Shown: positions 1 through 8,424, counted from the stretch's first letter. The stretch is DNA of 34,918 nt from Eubacteriales Family XIII. Incertae Sedis bacterium (GCA_031281765.1 JAITEX010000067.1:1-34918), one strand, 5' to 3'. Numbers and translations are program-made. Notes: generated by a model not told the origin, from the sequence alone.

Positions 1-98
1 CGGGCCGTGAGTACCGTACGGCCGGACACTTTACGGACCTCGAGAAACAGATGCTGCGCGCTGGCGGCAAAATCAACCTTATCAAACAGACGGCGTGA
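1..98 (+). CDS. 3' end of an unidentified gene (partial, runs off window start)
   Basis: Frame open from window edge to TGA at 96-98 (...TAGHFTDLEKQMLRAGGKINLIKQTA*). Too short to assign a family. Confidence 0.25.
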   Translation, partial: GREYRTAGHFTDLEKQMLRAGGKINLIKQTA

Positions 99-124
99 GG
101 CGCGTAAGGCGCGGGGGCAAAGAA

Positions 125-736
125 ATGAACGACATTACCGAAATGCTGCGCGCGGACATACTACGCGAGAAAATCCGCATCGGCAGCAAGCTGACCGAAC
201 GCGACATCTGCGAAGCCTACGGCGTCAGCCGTACGCCCGTGCGCGAAGCGCTGCGCGACCTGAAAAACGAGGACCTCGTGGAATTGATCCCGAACCACGG
301 CGCGTATGTGAGCGGGTTTACGCTCTCGGATATGCGCGACCTGTTTGTCCTGCGCGAAATACTCGAAGCCCAATGCACGGCATGGGCGATAGAGCGCATT
401 ACGACGGATGAGCTCGAGACGCTCGAGAAGAAATACGAATTCCTCGAGCTCTATACGCACCGCGGCGATACCACGAAACTGAAGAAACTCGACGCGGAGT
501 TTCACACCTGCATCCACGCGGCCTCGCAGAACCGCATCCTTATACGGCGGCTCAGCGCCATTCAAAACTATGTAAAATACAGCGCGGTCGTCAAGACGCG
601 CCGCAAGGAGAACATCCAGGCTATCTTTGAAGAACACGCCGCGATTTTCGAAGCCTTTATCGCCCGCGACCCCGTCGCCGGAGAAGCGGCCGCGCGCGCG
701 CATATCCGCAACGCGGCGGTAAGGGCGGGGCTGTAG
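125..736 (+). CDS. GntR-family transcriptional regulator (FadR/FCD-type effector domain)
   Basis: Winged-helix segment LTERDICEAYGVSRTPVREALRDLKNEDLVE followed by an all-helical C-terminal domain. ATG at 125 (MNDITEML) preferred over the ORF-track start at 95. Confidence 0.85.
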   Translation: MNDITEMLRADILREKIRIGSKLTERDICEAYGVSRTPVREALRDLKNEDLVELIPNHGAYVSGFTLSDMRDLFVLREILEAQCTAWAIERITTDELETLEKKYEFLELYTHRGDTTKLKKLDAEFHTCIHAASQNRILIRRLSAIQNYVKYSAVVKTRRKENIQAIFEEHAAIFEAFIARDPVAGEAAARAHIRNAAVRAGL

Positions 737-755
737 GGGCGGCTACCGAGAGCAG

Positions 756-824
756 TTGCTTTTTGTCAGTTATTCTATTTGCTTTTTGTATACTTTCATG
801 GTTGCTTTTTGTATGTTTTATGAT
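756..824 (+). repeat. Three direct repeats of TTGCTTTTTGT at an exact 23-bp period (756, 779, 802)
   Basis: Read directly: ttgctttttgtcag.. / ttgctttttgtatac.. / ttgctttttgtatgt... The third copy can serve as a -35 (TTGCTT, 16-nt spacer, TGaTATTAT at 821-829) for the downstream ATPase gene. Confidence 0.7.
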
Positions 825-848
825 ATTATTCTCTAGGAGGATAGCAAA

Positions 849-2147
849 ATGACATTAGAAAAGAACGGTTACCGCCCGAGGATTATTGATAAGAGAATCG
901 CCGAATATTTAAAGTTATTTGGCGCCGTATCAATTGAGGGACCTAAATGGTGCGGCAAAACATGGACTTCGTTGAAACACGCAAACAGCGTTGTATATAT
1001 TATGGATCCTGCAGGGAATTATAGCAATCGTGAGAAAGCAAAGATAAATCCCTCTTTAATTCTTGACGGGAAAGCACCGCTCGCTATAGACGAATGGCAA
1101 GAAGTCCCGGGCATATGGGATGCGGTTCGATTTGACGTTGACCAGACTTCAACAGTAGGTAAGTATATTTTAACAGGCTCGGTTACCCCGCCGCGTAAGA
1201 GTTATACGCATAGCGGCGCAGGAAGATTTGCTTTTGTGAGAATGCGGCCAATGACATTATTCGAATCCGGAGATTCTTATGGCATGATTTCATTTGAATC
1301 TCTTTTCAGGGATAATTGCATAGACGCATTTTCCATCGATACTGACCTTGTCACACTTATTGACATTACTGTACGGGGCGGATGGCCTGAAACTATTCGG
1401 CTTCCGATGGAAAAGACAGGATTGGTTTCCGAAGCGTATATCAACGCAATTATTAAAAACGAACTACTGAGAGAAGATTTCTCCAAGCGGAATACGGCAA
1501 AACTCACTAAACTGCTTCGGGCATTGGCGCGGAGCAACGCGGCGCCGGTCAGTAACACGACGCTGTCTTTGGATATGGACGGCAACACGCGGCAAGAACA
1601 GAATGCAAGCGAAATATCCGTTTCGCGCACAACTGTCGCAGAATATCTTAATGATTTAAAGAGACTATTCATTATTGAAGAAATCCCGGGTTGGAATCCA
1701 GGAATTCGTTCAAAAACAAGGATAAGAATGGCGCCAAAGCGAATATTTTCAGACCCTTCCTTAGCCATCGCGACTCTTGGATTGAATAGAGAGCGGTTGT
1801 TGTCTGATTTGAATACCTATGGATTTATGTTTGAGAATCTATGCCTTAGGGATATAGCTGTTTATGCGGAAAACTGCGGCGGCGCCGTCTGCCATTACCG
1901 TGATAATGCCGGCCTTGAAGCCGATGCTATCGTAGAAATGCCGGACGGCACGTGGGGCGCATTTGAAATAAAACTTGGTGAACACCAGGTTGACGCTGCT
2001 GCGCTTTCATTATTGCGCCTAAAAGAAAAAATGACGTTAAACGGAGCGCCTCCTCCCGTATGTCTTGTTGTCATTACGGGTGGGGGATTTGGAAGACAAC
2101 GTAAAGACGGTGTCTGTGTCGTTCCGATTACCGCGCTACAACCATAA
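849..2147 (+). CDS. AAA+ ATPase of the AAA_14/DUF4143 family
   Basis: 432 aa. P-loop GPKWCGKT near the N-terminus, and length and architecture typical of DUF4143 ATPases. RBS AGGAGG at 835-840. Visibly lower GC than the flanks. Confidence 0.8.
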   Translation: MTLEKNGYRPRIIDKRIAEYLKLFGAVSIEGPKWCGKTWTSLKHANSVVYIMDPAGNYSNREKAKINPSLILDGKAPLAIDEWQEVPGIWDAVRFDVDQTSTVGKYILTGSVTPPRKSYTHSGAGRFAFVRMRPMTLFESGDSYGMISFESLFRDNCIDAFSIDTDLVTLIDITVRGGWPETIRLPMEKTGLVSEAYINAIIKNELLREDFSKRNTAKLTKLLRALARSNAAPVSNTTLSLDMDGNTRQEQNASEISVSRTTVAEYLNDLKRLFIIEEIPGWNPGIRSKTRIRMAPKRIFSDPSLAIATLGLNRERLLSDLNTYGFMFENLCLRDIAVYAENCGGAVCHYRDNAGLEADAIVEMPDGTWGAFEIKLGEHQVDAAALSLLRLKEKMTLNGAPPPVCLVVITGGGFGRQRKDGVCVVPITALQP

Positions 2148-2297
2148 CCGGATTGGACAGTATTCACCGTATGAGAAGGAACTTTTCACGCGCTTTTGTT
2201 CAGTGCGGTAAAGCCCATGGAGCTTGACATATCCTCCTGCATCGGATTGTCGTAGACCAATTGCAGGCGGGGCTGTAAAACTCCATTCCGCGAATCC

Positions 2298-4868
2298 CTA
2301 TCCCGAAAAGTCTATCGTGAATTCGTCGCCGTCCTTGATTTCGCCGGAGATGATTTTCGCGGCGATTTCCGTCTCGATATTCTTTTGCAGGTAGCGTCCT
2401 ACGGGCCGCGCGCCATAGGCCGGCGAATAGGTCTCCTGCGCGATGAAGCGTTTCGTGTTGTCCGTGATGTTCAGCCTGATGTTCCGGTCCTCGAGCCGCT
2501 CCTGCAGCTCCGCCACGGCGATGTCGATGATCTTCACGATGTCGTCTTCCGTCAGCGGCGAGAACACGACGATGTCGTCGATACGGTTGATAAACTCCGG
2601 CCGGAAATGACGCTTCATCTCCTCCGTCGTATGTTCGCGCACGTCCTCTTCTATCGTGCCGTCCGGTTGTATATTCTCAATCAGGTACGGGCTGCCGATA
2701 TTCGACGTCATGATGACGATGGCGTTCTTGAAATTCACGGTGCGGCCCTGGTTGTCCGTCAACCGCCCGTCGTCCAAAAGCTGCAGCAGGATATTGAACA
2801 CGTCCGGATGCGCTTTCTCGATTTCATCGAATAATATGACGCTGTAGGGACGCCGCCGCACGGCTTCCGTGAGCTGCCCGCCCTCCTCGTAGCCGACATA
2901 GCCCGGAGGCGCGCCGACGAGGCGCGATACGGAATACTTCTCCATATACTCGGACATATCGATGCGGACCATATTCTTCTCGCTGTCGAACAGGGCTTCG
3001 GCGAGCGCCTTTGCGAGCTCCGTCTTGCCGACGCCCGTCGGGCCGAGGAAGATAAACGAGCCGATGGGCCGGCTCCTGTCACCGAGGCCCGCGCGCGAAC
3101 GGAGCACCGCCTGCGACACAGCGTCCACCGCTTCGTCCTGGCCGATGACGCGCCGGTGCAGTATTTCGGGCAGGCGCAGCAGTTTCTCGCGCTCAGATTC
3201 GACGAGGCGGCTGACGGGGATGCCCGTCCAGCCCGCGACCACTTCCGCGATTTCCTCCTCCGTCACTTCCTCTTTTAAAAGCCGTTTTTCCTCGGCTTTG
3301 TCGGCGTTCAGCTTCGCGTCCTCAAGCTCCTTTTCGAGCTGCGGCAGTGTGCCGTATTTCAGCTGCGCGAGTTTCTCGAGGTCGTAGGCGCGTTCGGCTT
3401 CCTCTATCTCGAGCTTTACATCCTCTATGCGCTGCTTCGTATCCTTCAGCTGCGTGATGGCTTTCTTCTCGCCCTCCCACTGCGCGCGCATGGTGTCGTT
3501 CTCGGCTTTCAGTTCGGATAGCTCCTTGTCGATATGGTCAAGCCGTACTTTTGACGCCTCGTCATTCTCCTTGCCGAGCGCCTGTTTCTCTATCTCAAGC
3601 TGCATGATTTTCCGCGCGATTTGATCGAGCTCGGCGGGCATGCTGTCGATTTCCGTCCGTATCTTTGACGCGGCCTCGTCCATCAGGTCAATGGCCTTGT
3701 CCGGCAGAAAGCGGTCGCTGATATACCTATCGGACAGCGTGGCGCACGCGATAAGCGCGGCGTCCGTAATACGTACGCCGTGGTGTATCTCAAACCGCTC
3801 TTTCAGGCCGCGCAGGATGGATATGGTATCCTCCACGGTCGGCTGGTCCACGAGTATCTTCTGGAAGCGCCGTTCGAGGGCGGCGTCCTTCTCGATATGC
3901 TTGCGGTATTCGTCGAGCGTCGTCGCGCCGATGCAGTGCAGTTCGCCGCGCGCGAGCTTCGGCTTCAACAGGTTGCCCGCGTCCATCGCGCCCTCCGCCG
4001 CGCCCGCGCCGACGATATTGTGCAGCTCGTCGATAAAGAGTATGACCGTGCCATCCGACTTCTCTATCTCCGTCAGCACGGCTTTCAGCCGCTCCTCAAA
4101 TTCGCCGCGGAACTTCGCGCCCGCAATAAGGGCGCCCATATCGAGGGCGAATATCGTCTTGTCTTTCAAGCCCTCGGGCACGTCGCCGTTCAGGATGCGC
4201 TGCGCAAGCCCCTCGACGACCGCCGTCTTCCCGACGCCCGGGTCGCCTATCAGCACAGGATTGTTCTTCGTGCGCCGCGACAATATCTGAATCGTATGGC
4301 GTATTTCCTCATCGCGGCCAATCACGGGGTCGAGCTTGCCCTCGCGCGCGAGCTGTACGAGGTCGCGGCCATACTTCGTCAGCGCTTCGTAGCCCTCCTC
4401 GGGATTCTGCGTCGTAATGCGCTGGTTGCCGCGCACGGTCATGAGTTCCTCGAGGAAGTTTTCGCGCGTGATATTGTGGCTCTTTAGAATCTTCGCCGTC
4501 GGCGTACCGCGCTCGGCAATCAGCGCAAGGAACAGATGCTCCACACTGATAAAATCGTCCTTGAAATCCTTTGCCGCCTTTTCCGCCCCGTTCATCAGCT
4601 GGCCGACGCGGCGCGTGGAATAGAGGCCGTCGCTGCCGCCGCCACTGACCTTTGGCAGTTTGTCGAGCTCGCCCTCTATCTCTCTGACCACATCCGCGGG
4701 TTCAATGCCGCGTAGTTTCAGGATACGCGGAATCAGCCCGTCGCTTTGTGTGAGCAGCGCAAGCGCTATATGCTCGCCGTCGAGCTGCTGGTGCCCCATT
4801 TCTATCGCGGCGTTCTGCGCGCCAATCATCGCCATCTGCGCATTCTTTGTAAATTTTTCGAAATCCAT
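2298..4868 (-). CDS. clpB: ATP-dependent chaperone/disaggregase ClpB
   Basis: Clp N-domain, two AAA modules (GDPGVGKTA and GPTGVGKTE Walker A) and a long coiled-coil middle domain. ATG at 4868 (MDFEKF) with upstream AAAGGACGGGG RBS preferred over the TTG at 4874. Confidence 0.95.
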   Translation of the reverse strand: MDFEKFTKNAQMAMIGAQNAAIEMGHQQLDGEHIALALLTQSDGLIPRILKLRGIEPADVVREIEGELDKLPKVSGGGSDGLYSTRRVGQLMNGAEKAAKDFKDDFISVEHLFLALIAERGTPTAKILKSHNITRENFLEELMTVRGNQRITTQNPEEGYEALTKYGRDLVQLAREGKLDPVIGRDEEIRHTIQILSRRTKNNPVLIGDPGVGKTAVVEGLAQRILNGDVPEGLKDKTIFALDMGALIAGAKFRGEFEERLKAVLTEIEKSDGTVILFIDELHNIVGAGAAEGAMDAGNLLKPKLARGELHCIGATTLDEYRKHIEKDAALERRFQKILVDQPTVEDTISILRGLKERFEIHHGVRITDAALIACATLSDRYISDRFLPDKAIDLMDEAASKIRTEIDSMPAELDQIARKIMQLEIEKQALGKENDEASKVRLDHIDKELSELKAENDTMRAQWEGEKKAITQLKDTKQRIEDVKLEIEEAERAYDLEKLAQLKYGTLPQLEKELEDAKLNADKAEEKRLLKEEVTEEEIAEVVAGWTGIPVSRLVESEREKLLRLPEILHRRVIGQDEAVDAVSQAVLRSRAGLGDRSRPIGSFIFLGPTGVGKTELAKALAEALFDSEKNMVRIDMSEYMEKYSVSRLVGAPPGYVGYEEGGQLTEAVRRRPYSVILFDEIEKAHPDVFNILLQLLDDGRLTDNQGRTVNFKNAIVIMTSNIGSPYLIENIQPDGTIEEDVREHTTEEMKRHFRPEFINRIDDIVVFSPLTEDDIVKIIDIAVAELQERLEDRNIRLNITDNTKRFIAQETYSPAYGARPVGRYLQKNIETEIAAKIISGEIKDGDEFTIDFSG

Positions 4869-4920
4869 AGTCAACCCCGTCCTTTCGGATAATAATCGTT
4901 ATATATAGTATACCACAAAA

Positions 4921-4947
4921 TTAGCACTCTTGCATAGAGAGTGCTAA
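4921..4947. promoter_or_regulatory. CIRCE operator (HrcA binding site), perfect consensus
   Basis: TTAGCACTC-ttgcataga-GAGTGCTAA matches the TTAGCACTC-N9-GAGTGCTAA consensus exactly. It lies 53 nt upstream of the clpB ATG. Confidence 0.9.
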
Positions 4948-5060
4948 AATTCGTGCGAATTTTTGCTGTATAATTTTACGAAGAATATTTATTTGAATTA
5001 TATGCGAAAGTGCGTTATATTTTTATTATAGATAGATATTTATATTAGGAGGTGATGATA

Positions 5061-5315
5061 ATGCCAAGCATTAAACCGGTATCGGATTTGAGAAACTATA
5101 ATGAAGTATTGCGAAATGTGAGCGCCGGCCGTCCAGTTTTTTTGACGAAAAACGGCAGGGGACGGTTTGCGATTATTGATATGGATGATTACGAGAAAAC
5201 GCAAGCGACCATAGCGCTTTTGACCGAGCTTTCGAAAGGAAGAACAAGCGGTGAAGAAAAAGGCTGGATTGCGGCAAGGGATGTTGAGGCCGAATTGGGG
5301 CTGAGCCTTGGCTAA
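5061..5315 (+). CDS. Phd/YefM-family type II antitoxin
   Basis: MPSIKPVSDLRNYNEVLRNVSAGRPVFLTKNGRGRFAIIDMDDYE is a typical Phd/YefM N-terminus. AGGAGG at 5047-5052 favours the ATG at 5061 over the starts at 5052/5055. Confidence 0.8.
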   Translation: MPSIKPVSDLRNYNEVLRNVSAGRPVFLTKNGRGRFAIIDMDDYEKTQATIALLTELSKGRTSGEEKGWIAARDVEAELGLSLG

Positions 5316-5640
5316 GGTAGTTTACTCGCCTGCCGCTCGCGCGGATATGGTTGAAATCAGGAATTATATCCGAGACGAACTTCAAAATCCGGCGGCAGCC
5401 GAACGTGTTCTGACGAGGATTGCAAAATCTTTACGGTTACTTGAGGACGCGCCAAGAATCGGTTCGCCGCTTTCCTCGGTAATTGATATTGATACCGAAT
5501 ATCGATTTCTTATTTCCGGGAACTATTTGTCATTTTATCGATATTATGACGATACCTGTTATATAGACCGCATACTCTATCGTCGGCGCGATTATATATC
5601 GATTCTTTTTGGCATTGACGCAGAGCCGGACGAAACTTGA
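5308..5640 (+). CDS. ParE/RelE-family type II toxin
   Basis: 110 aa. Its TTG start overlaps the antitoxin stop by 8 nt. The sequence (VVYSPAARADMVEIRNYI...RILYRRRDY) fits ParE-like plasmid-stabilisation toxins. Confidence 0.75.
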   Translation: MAKVVYSPAARADMVEIRNYIRDELQNPAAAERVLTRIAKSLRLLEDAPRIGSPLSSVIDIDTEYRFLISGNYLSFYRYYDDTCYIDRILYRRRDYISILFGIDAEPDET

Positions 5641-5648
5641 AAATAACA

Positions 5649-5679
5649 AGAACACAGGGGTAAGGCCCCCTTGTGTTCT
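5649..5679. terminator. Hairpin between convergent genes (likely bidirectional terminator)
   Basis: agaacacagggg-taagg-cccccttgtgttct: a ~12-bp stem with one bulge, between the ParE stop (5640) and the VOC stop (5707). No strong T-tract. Confidence 0.5.
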
Positions 5680-5706
5680 ATTACTTGACCTCCCTATCCC
5701 GCGCGC

Positions 5707-6075
5707 TTACCTTGTCGGGATGATTTCGATCCAGTAGCCGTCAGGGTCGCCGATGAAGTAGATGCCCATATCCGGGTTTTCATAGATGATGACGCCGAGT
5801 CCCTTGTGATAGGCATGGGCGGCGTCAAAATCGTCGGCGCGGAATGCGAGGTGTATCTCGTTATCGCCGAGATTGTAGGGCGTCTCTTTTTCCCGCAGCC
5901 ACGTCAGTTCAAGCTGCTGCATTGACTCGCCGTCGGCCATAAAGACGATGCGGTAGCTCCCGTCTTCGGCGTCTATGCGCCGTACGACGGAAAGCCCGAC
6001 AGCTTTCTCGTAAAATTCTATGCTCTTGTCGAGGTCGAATACATTGATATTATTGTGCGCGAATCTGAGTTTCAT
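5707..6075 (-). CDS. VOC-family protein (glyoxalase I / lactoylglutathione lyase-like)
   Basis: 122 aa. MKLRFAHNNINVFDLDKSIEFYEKAVGL...HLAF...GYWIEII is the typical beta-alpha-beta-beta-beta VOC pattern. Confidence 0.8.
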   Translation of the reverse strand: MKLRFAHNNINVFDLDKSIEFYEKAVGLSVVRRIDAEDGSYRIVFMADGESMQQLELTWLREKETPYNLGDNEIHLAFRADDFDAAHAYHKGLGVIIYENPDMGIYFIGDPDGYWIEIIPTR

Positions 6076-6222
6076 GGTCTGCCTCCGTTACTATAGGGAT
6101 GTGAACCCGCGGCCGAAAACGGCGCGGCGGGGTTTTGCTTGTTGTGGGCCTTTGTGGAGCCGGTTGTTGTGGCTTTGCGTATGGTGATGATAAAATTATA
6201 CGTATAAGAGAAAGGAATAGCA

Positions 6223-6293
6223 ATGCACAGGGGGACGGTTCCCTTGTGTCGGATTGTATACAATTTAGCACAGCGGAACCGTCCCCTTGTGTT
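6223..6293. repeat. Nested-palindromic repeat element, copy 1 (5' UTR of the aminopeptidase gene)
   Basis: atgcacagggggacggttcccttgtg-tcgga-TTGTATACAA-tttag-cacagcggaaccgtccccttgtgtt. The arms are inverted repeats of each other around a palindromic core. Confidence 0.85.
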
Positions 6294-6306
6294 AAAAAGG
6301 GGAAAT

Positions 6307-8346
6307 ATGGAGAATAATAGAGTGATAATGGGTCGGCTCGCGGCCCTGCGCGACGCGATGCGCGCGGCGGGGCTTGACGCCTACCTCGTCTTCGACGCGG
6401 ATACGGTCGGGAGCGAATCCCCCGCGGAGCGCTTTCTGACGCGCACCTGGCTGACGGGGTTTGACGGCTCGGCCGGCTGCGCCGTTATCACGGCAAACGA
6501 AGCGCGGCTGTGGACGGACGGGCGCTACTGGCTTCAGGCTGAGAAGCAGCTTGCCGGTACGGGCATAGAGCTGATGCGATCGGGCAAAGCCGGCGTACCG
6601 AAGCCGGAAGAATTTTTAGCGGCGGCTCTGCACGCCGGGGATGCGGTCGGCGTCTGCGGGGAGACTTTTCCCGCCGCGGAGTACGACGGGCTTGCGGCGG
6701 CGCTGCAGCCGCAGGGCATAGCGGTACGCGCAACCGAAGATTTGTTTGAGAAACTCTGGACAGTAAACCGGCCGGAGATGCCGACGGGAGAGATATTTTT
6801 GCTGGAGGACGCAGCGCGGGCAAAAGGCGCGGGCGCGGCGACGGGCGCAGAAGATATGCACAGGGGGACGGTTCCCTTGTGCGATTTTGTATACAATTCA
6901 ACACAGCGGAACCGTCCCCCTGTGTTGAACGCGGCGGCGCGAAATCTGGCAGCCGTGCGGGCTGAACTGAAGAAGCGCGGCGCCGACTATGCGCTTATAA
7001 CGGACCTCGCGTCGGTCGCGTGGCTCTTCGGGTTCCGCGGCTCTGACATCCTGTGTACGCCGGTTGCCTACGCGCGCGCCCTCGTATCGCAGAGCGACGC
7101 CATTCTCTTTATCGACAATGCGAAAGTCCCTGCGGATGTCTTGTCAAGCCTGGAGATTGACGGGGTTGCCGTCAGGGATTTCGGAGGCATGGAGCATAGT
7201 CTGCGCGGGCTTGCGCCCGGAACGCGCCTTACCTATGACCCTGATACCGTCAGCGCTGCTCTGCGAAATTCCTTAGCCGCCGACATCACGCGTATTGAAG
7301 CGCCCGACCCCGTCCTGCTCCTCAAGTCCCTGAAGACGGACGAAGAAATTGGGAACCTGCGACGCTGCCACGAACGCGACGGCAGGGTTATGGTGCGTTT
7401 TCTCATATGGCTGGAGGAGTCCGCGGGAAAGATAACCGAATACGACGCGGCCGGTAAGCTGACGGAATTGCGGGCCGAAGACCCGCTCAGCCTCGGGGAT
7501 TCGTTCGAGCCGATATGCGCATATGGCGCGAACGGGGCCATCGTTCATTATCATGCGGAGCCGGACAGCGCCGCGGTAATTGGTGAGAGGACATATGCAC
7601 AGGGGGACGGTTCCCTTGAGCAATTTTGTATACAATTTAACACAGTGGAACCGTCCCCCTGTGTCGGCGGTCGTCGTACGGAGCCGGACAGCGCCGCGGG
7701 ACTCGGCGAGGCGGGGTTCTTTGTGACGGACAGCGGCGGGCAGTATGTGGACGGGACGACGGATATTACGCGGACCGTGCTGTTGGGGGATAGTGGCGAC
7801 AGCGCCCGCCGCGACTATACCCTCGTACTGAAAGCCCATATCGCCCTCGCCTCGGTCGAGTTCCGCCACGGAGTGGCGGGAGCGCATCTCGATGCGCTCC
7901 CGCGGCGCGTCCTCTGGCGCGAAGGCGTAGACTACGCGCACGGTACGGGACACGGCGTCGGGTACGTACTCGGCGTACATGAGACGCCGCCAGGCTTCAC
8001 CTCTTCGGCGAATGCGGGCTCCGGCGCCCGGACGCCCATAGAACCGAATATGGTCTTTTCAAATGAACCCGGTCTCTACCGCGCCGGCGCCTATGGCATT
8101 CGCATCGAAAACCTCGTGACGCCCTACGTTTCGCGGGAAAACGAATTCGGCAGGTTCCTGAAGCTCGAGACCCTCTCGCTCTGCCCCATCGATCTCACGC
8201 CCGTCATTGCTGAAATGCTGACAATAGATGAAATAGAATGGTTGAACGCCTACCACCGCGAAGTCTACGCGCGCCTCGCCCCCGGCCTTACGGAAACGGA
8301 ACGCCGCTGGCTTGCTTCGCGCACCCGCGAAATATCGACCCCTTGA
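6307..8346 (+). CDS. Xaa-Pro aminopeptidase (M24B, aminopeptidase P family) with two in-frame repeat insertions
   Basis: Creatinase-like N-domains plus an M24 catalytic domain (DSGGQY..GTTDITRT, HGTGHGVG, SNEPGLY, IRIEN). ATG at 6307 (MENNRVIMGRL) with RBS AAAGGGGA. The ORF-track start at 6223 lies inside repeat copy 1. Confidence 0.9.
   Translation: MENNRVIMGRLAALRDAMRAAGLDAYLVFDADTVGSESPAERFLTRTWLTGFDGSAGCAVITANEARLWTDGRYWLQAEKQLAGTGIELMRSGKAGVPKPEEFLAAALHAGDAVGVCGETFPAAEYDGLAAALQPQGIAVRATEDLFEKLWTVNRPEMPTGEIFLLEDAARAKGAGAATGAEDMHRGTVPLCDFVYNSTQRNRPPVLNAAARNLAAVRAELKKRGADYALITDLASVAWLFGFRGSDILCTPVAYARALVSQSDAILFIDNAKVPADVLSSLEIDGVAVRDFGGMEHSLRGLAPGTRLTYDPDTVSAALRNSLAADITRIEAPDPVLLLKSLKTDEEIGNLRRCHERDGRVMVRFLIWLEESAGKITEYDAAGKLTELRAEDPLSLGDSFEPICAYGANGAIVHYHAEPDSAAVIGERTYAQGDGSLEQFCIQFNTVEPSPCVGGRRTEPDSAAGLGEAGFFVTDSGGQYVDGTTDITRTVLLGDSGDSARRDYTLVLKAHIALASVEFRHGVAGAHLDALPRRVLWREGVDYAHGTGHGVGYVLGVHETPPGFTSSANAGSGARTPIEPNMVFSNEPGLYRAGAYGIRIENLVTPYVSRENEFGRFLKLETLSLCPIDLTPVIAEMLTIDEIEWLNAYHREVYARLAPGLTETERRWLASRTREISTP
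6856..6926. repeat. Nested-palindromic repeat element, copy 2 (inside the aminopeptidase CDS, translated)
   Basis: atgcacagggggacggttcccttgtg-cgatt-TTGTATACAA-ttcaa-cacagcggaaccgtccccctgtgtt. Translated as MHRGTVPLCDFVYNSTQRNRPPVL. Confidence 0.85.
7556..7699. mobile_element. In-frame insertion module: repeat copy 3 (core 7595-7664) bounded by 21-bp direct repeats
   Basis: cggagccggacagcgccgcgg occurs at 7556-7576 and again at 7679-7699, offset 123 bp = 41 codons. The core atgcacagggggacggttcccttgag-caatt-TTGTATACAA-tttaa-cacagtggaaccgtccccctgtgt lies between them. Confidence 0.75.
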
Positions 8347-8371
8347 CAAATAAAATCCATGCGCGTATAAT
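8343..8371 (+). promoter_or_regulatory. Sigma-A consensus promoter of the NifX-GNAT/ABC/NifDK-like-1 operon
   Basis: TTGACA (8343-8348), 17-nt spacer, TATAAT (8366-8371). The -35 overlaps the aminopeptidase stop codon. Confidence 0.75.
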
Positions 8372-8391
8372 AATTTCATAATACATAGGTA

Positions 8392-8410
8392 ACATATATA
8401 TTTTATATGC
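8392..8410. promoter_or_regulatory. AT-palindrome operator, site A
   Basis: ACATATATA-T-TTTATATGC, 16/18 arm positions matching the palindrome ACATATATA-N-TATATATGT. Starts 21 nt downstream of the -10. Confidence 0.65.
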
Positions 8411-8424
8411 ATTACTGATCGGAC

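Noticed and set aside
6106-6136. GC-rich bulged hairpin followed by TTTT in the VOC/aminopeptidase divergent intergenic region, as a terminator
   Set aside because: No upstream plus-strand gene exists for it to terminate. The stem needs two bulges. It is probably incidental structure in GC-rich DNA, or part of the aminopeptidase upstream region.
6223-6306. ORF-track start codon at 6223 for the aminopeptidase
   Set aside because: That ATG is the first base triplet of repeat copy 1 and has no RBS. The ATG at 6307 has AAAGGGGA upstream and gives a family-typical N-terminus.
6223-7664. CRISPR array formed by the three palindromic repeats
   Set aside because: There are only three copies, ~70 bp long, separated by unequal ~560-670 bp intervals that are coding sequence of one peptidase gene. 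No cas genes are present.
6856-7699. Intein or intron explanation for the extra segments in the aminopeptidase
   Set aside because: The insertions are only ~40 codons each, far too short for inteins or group I/II introns. They lack splicing motifs, and the same element also occurs in the non-coding 5' UTR.
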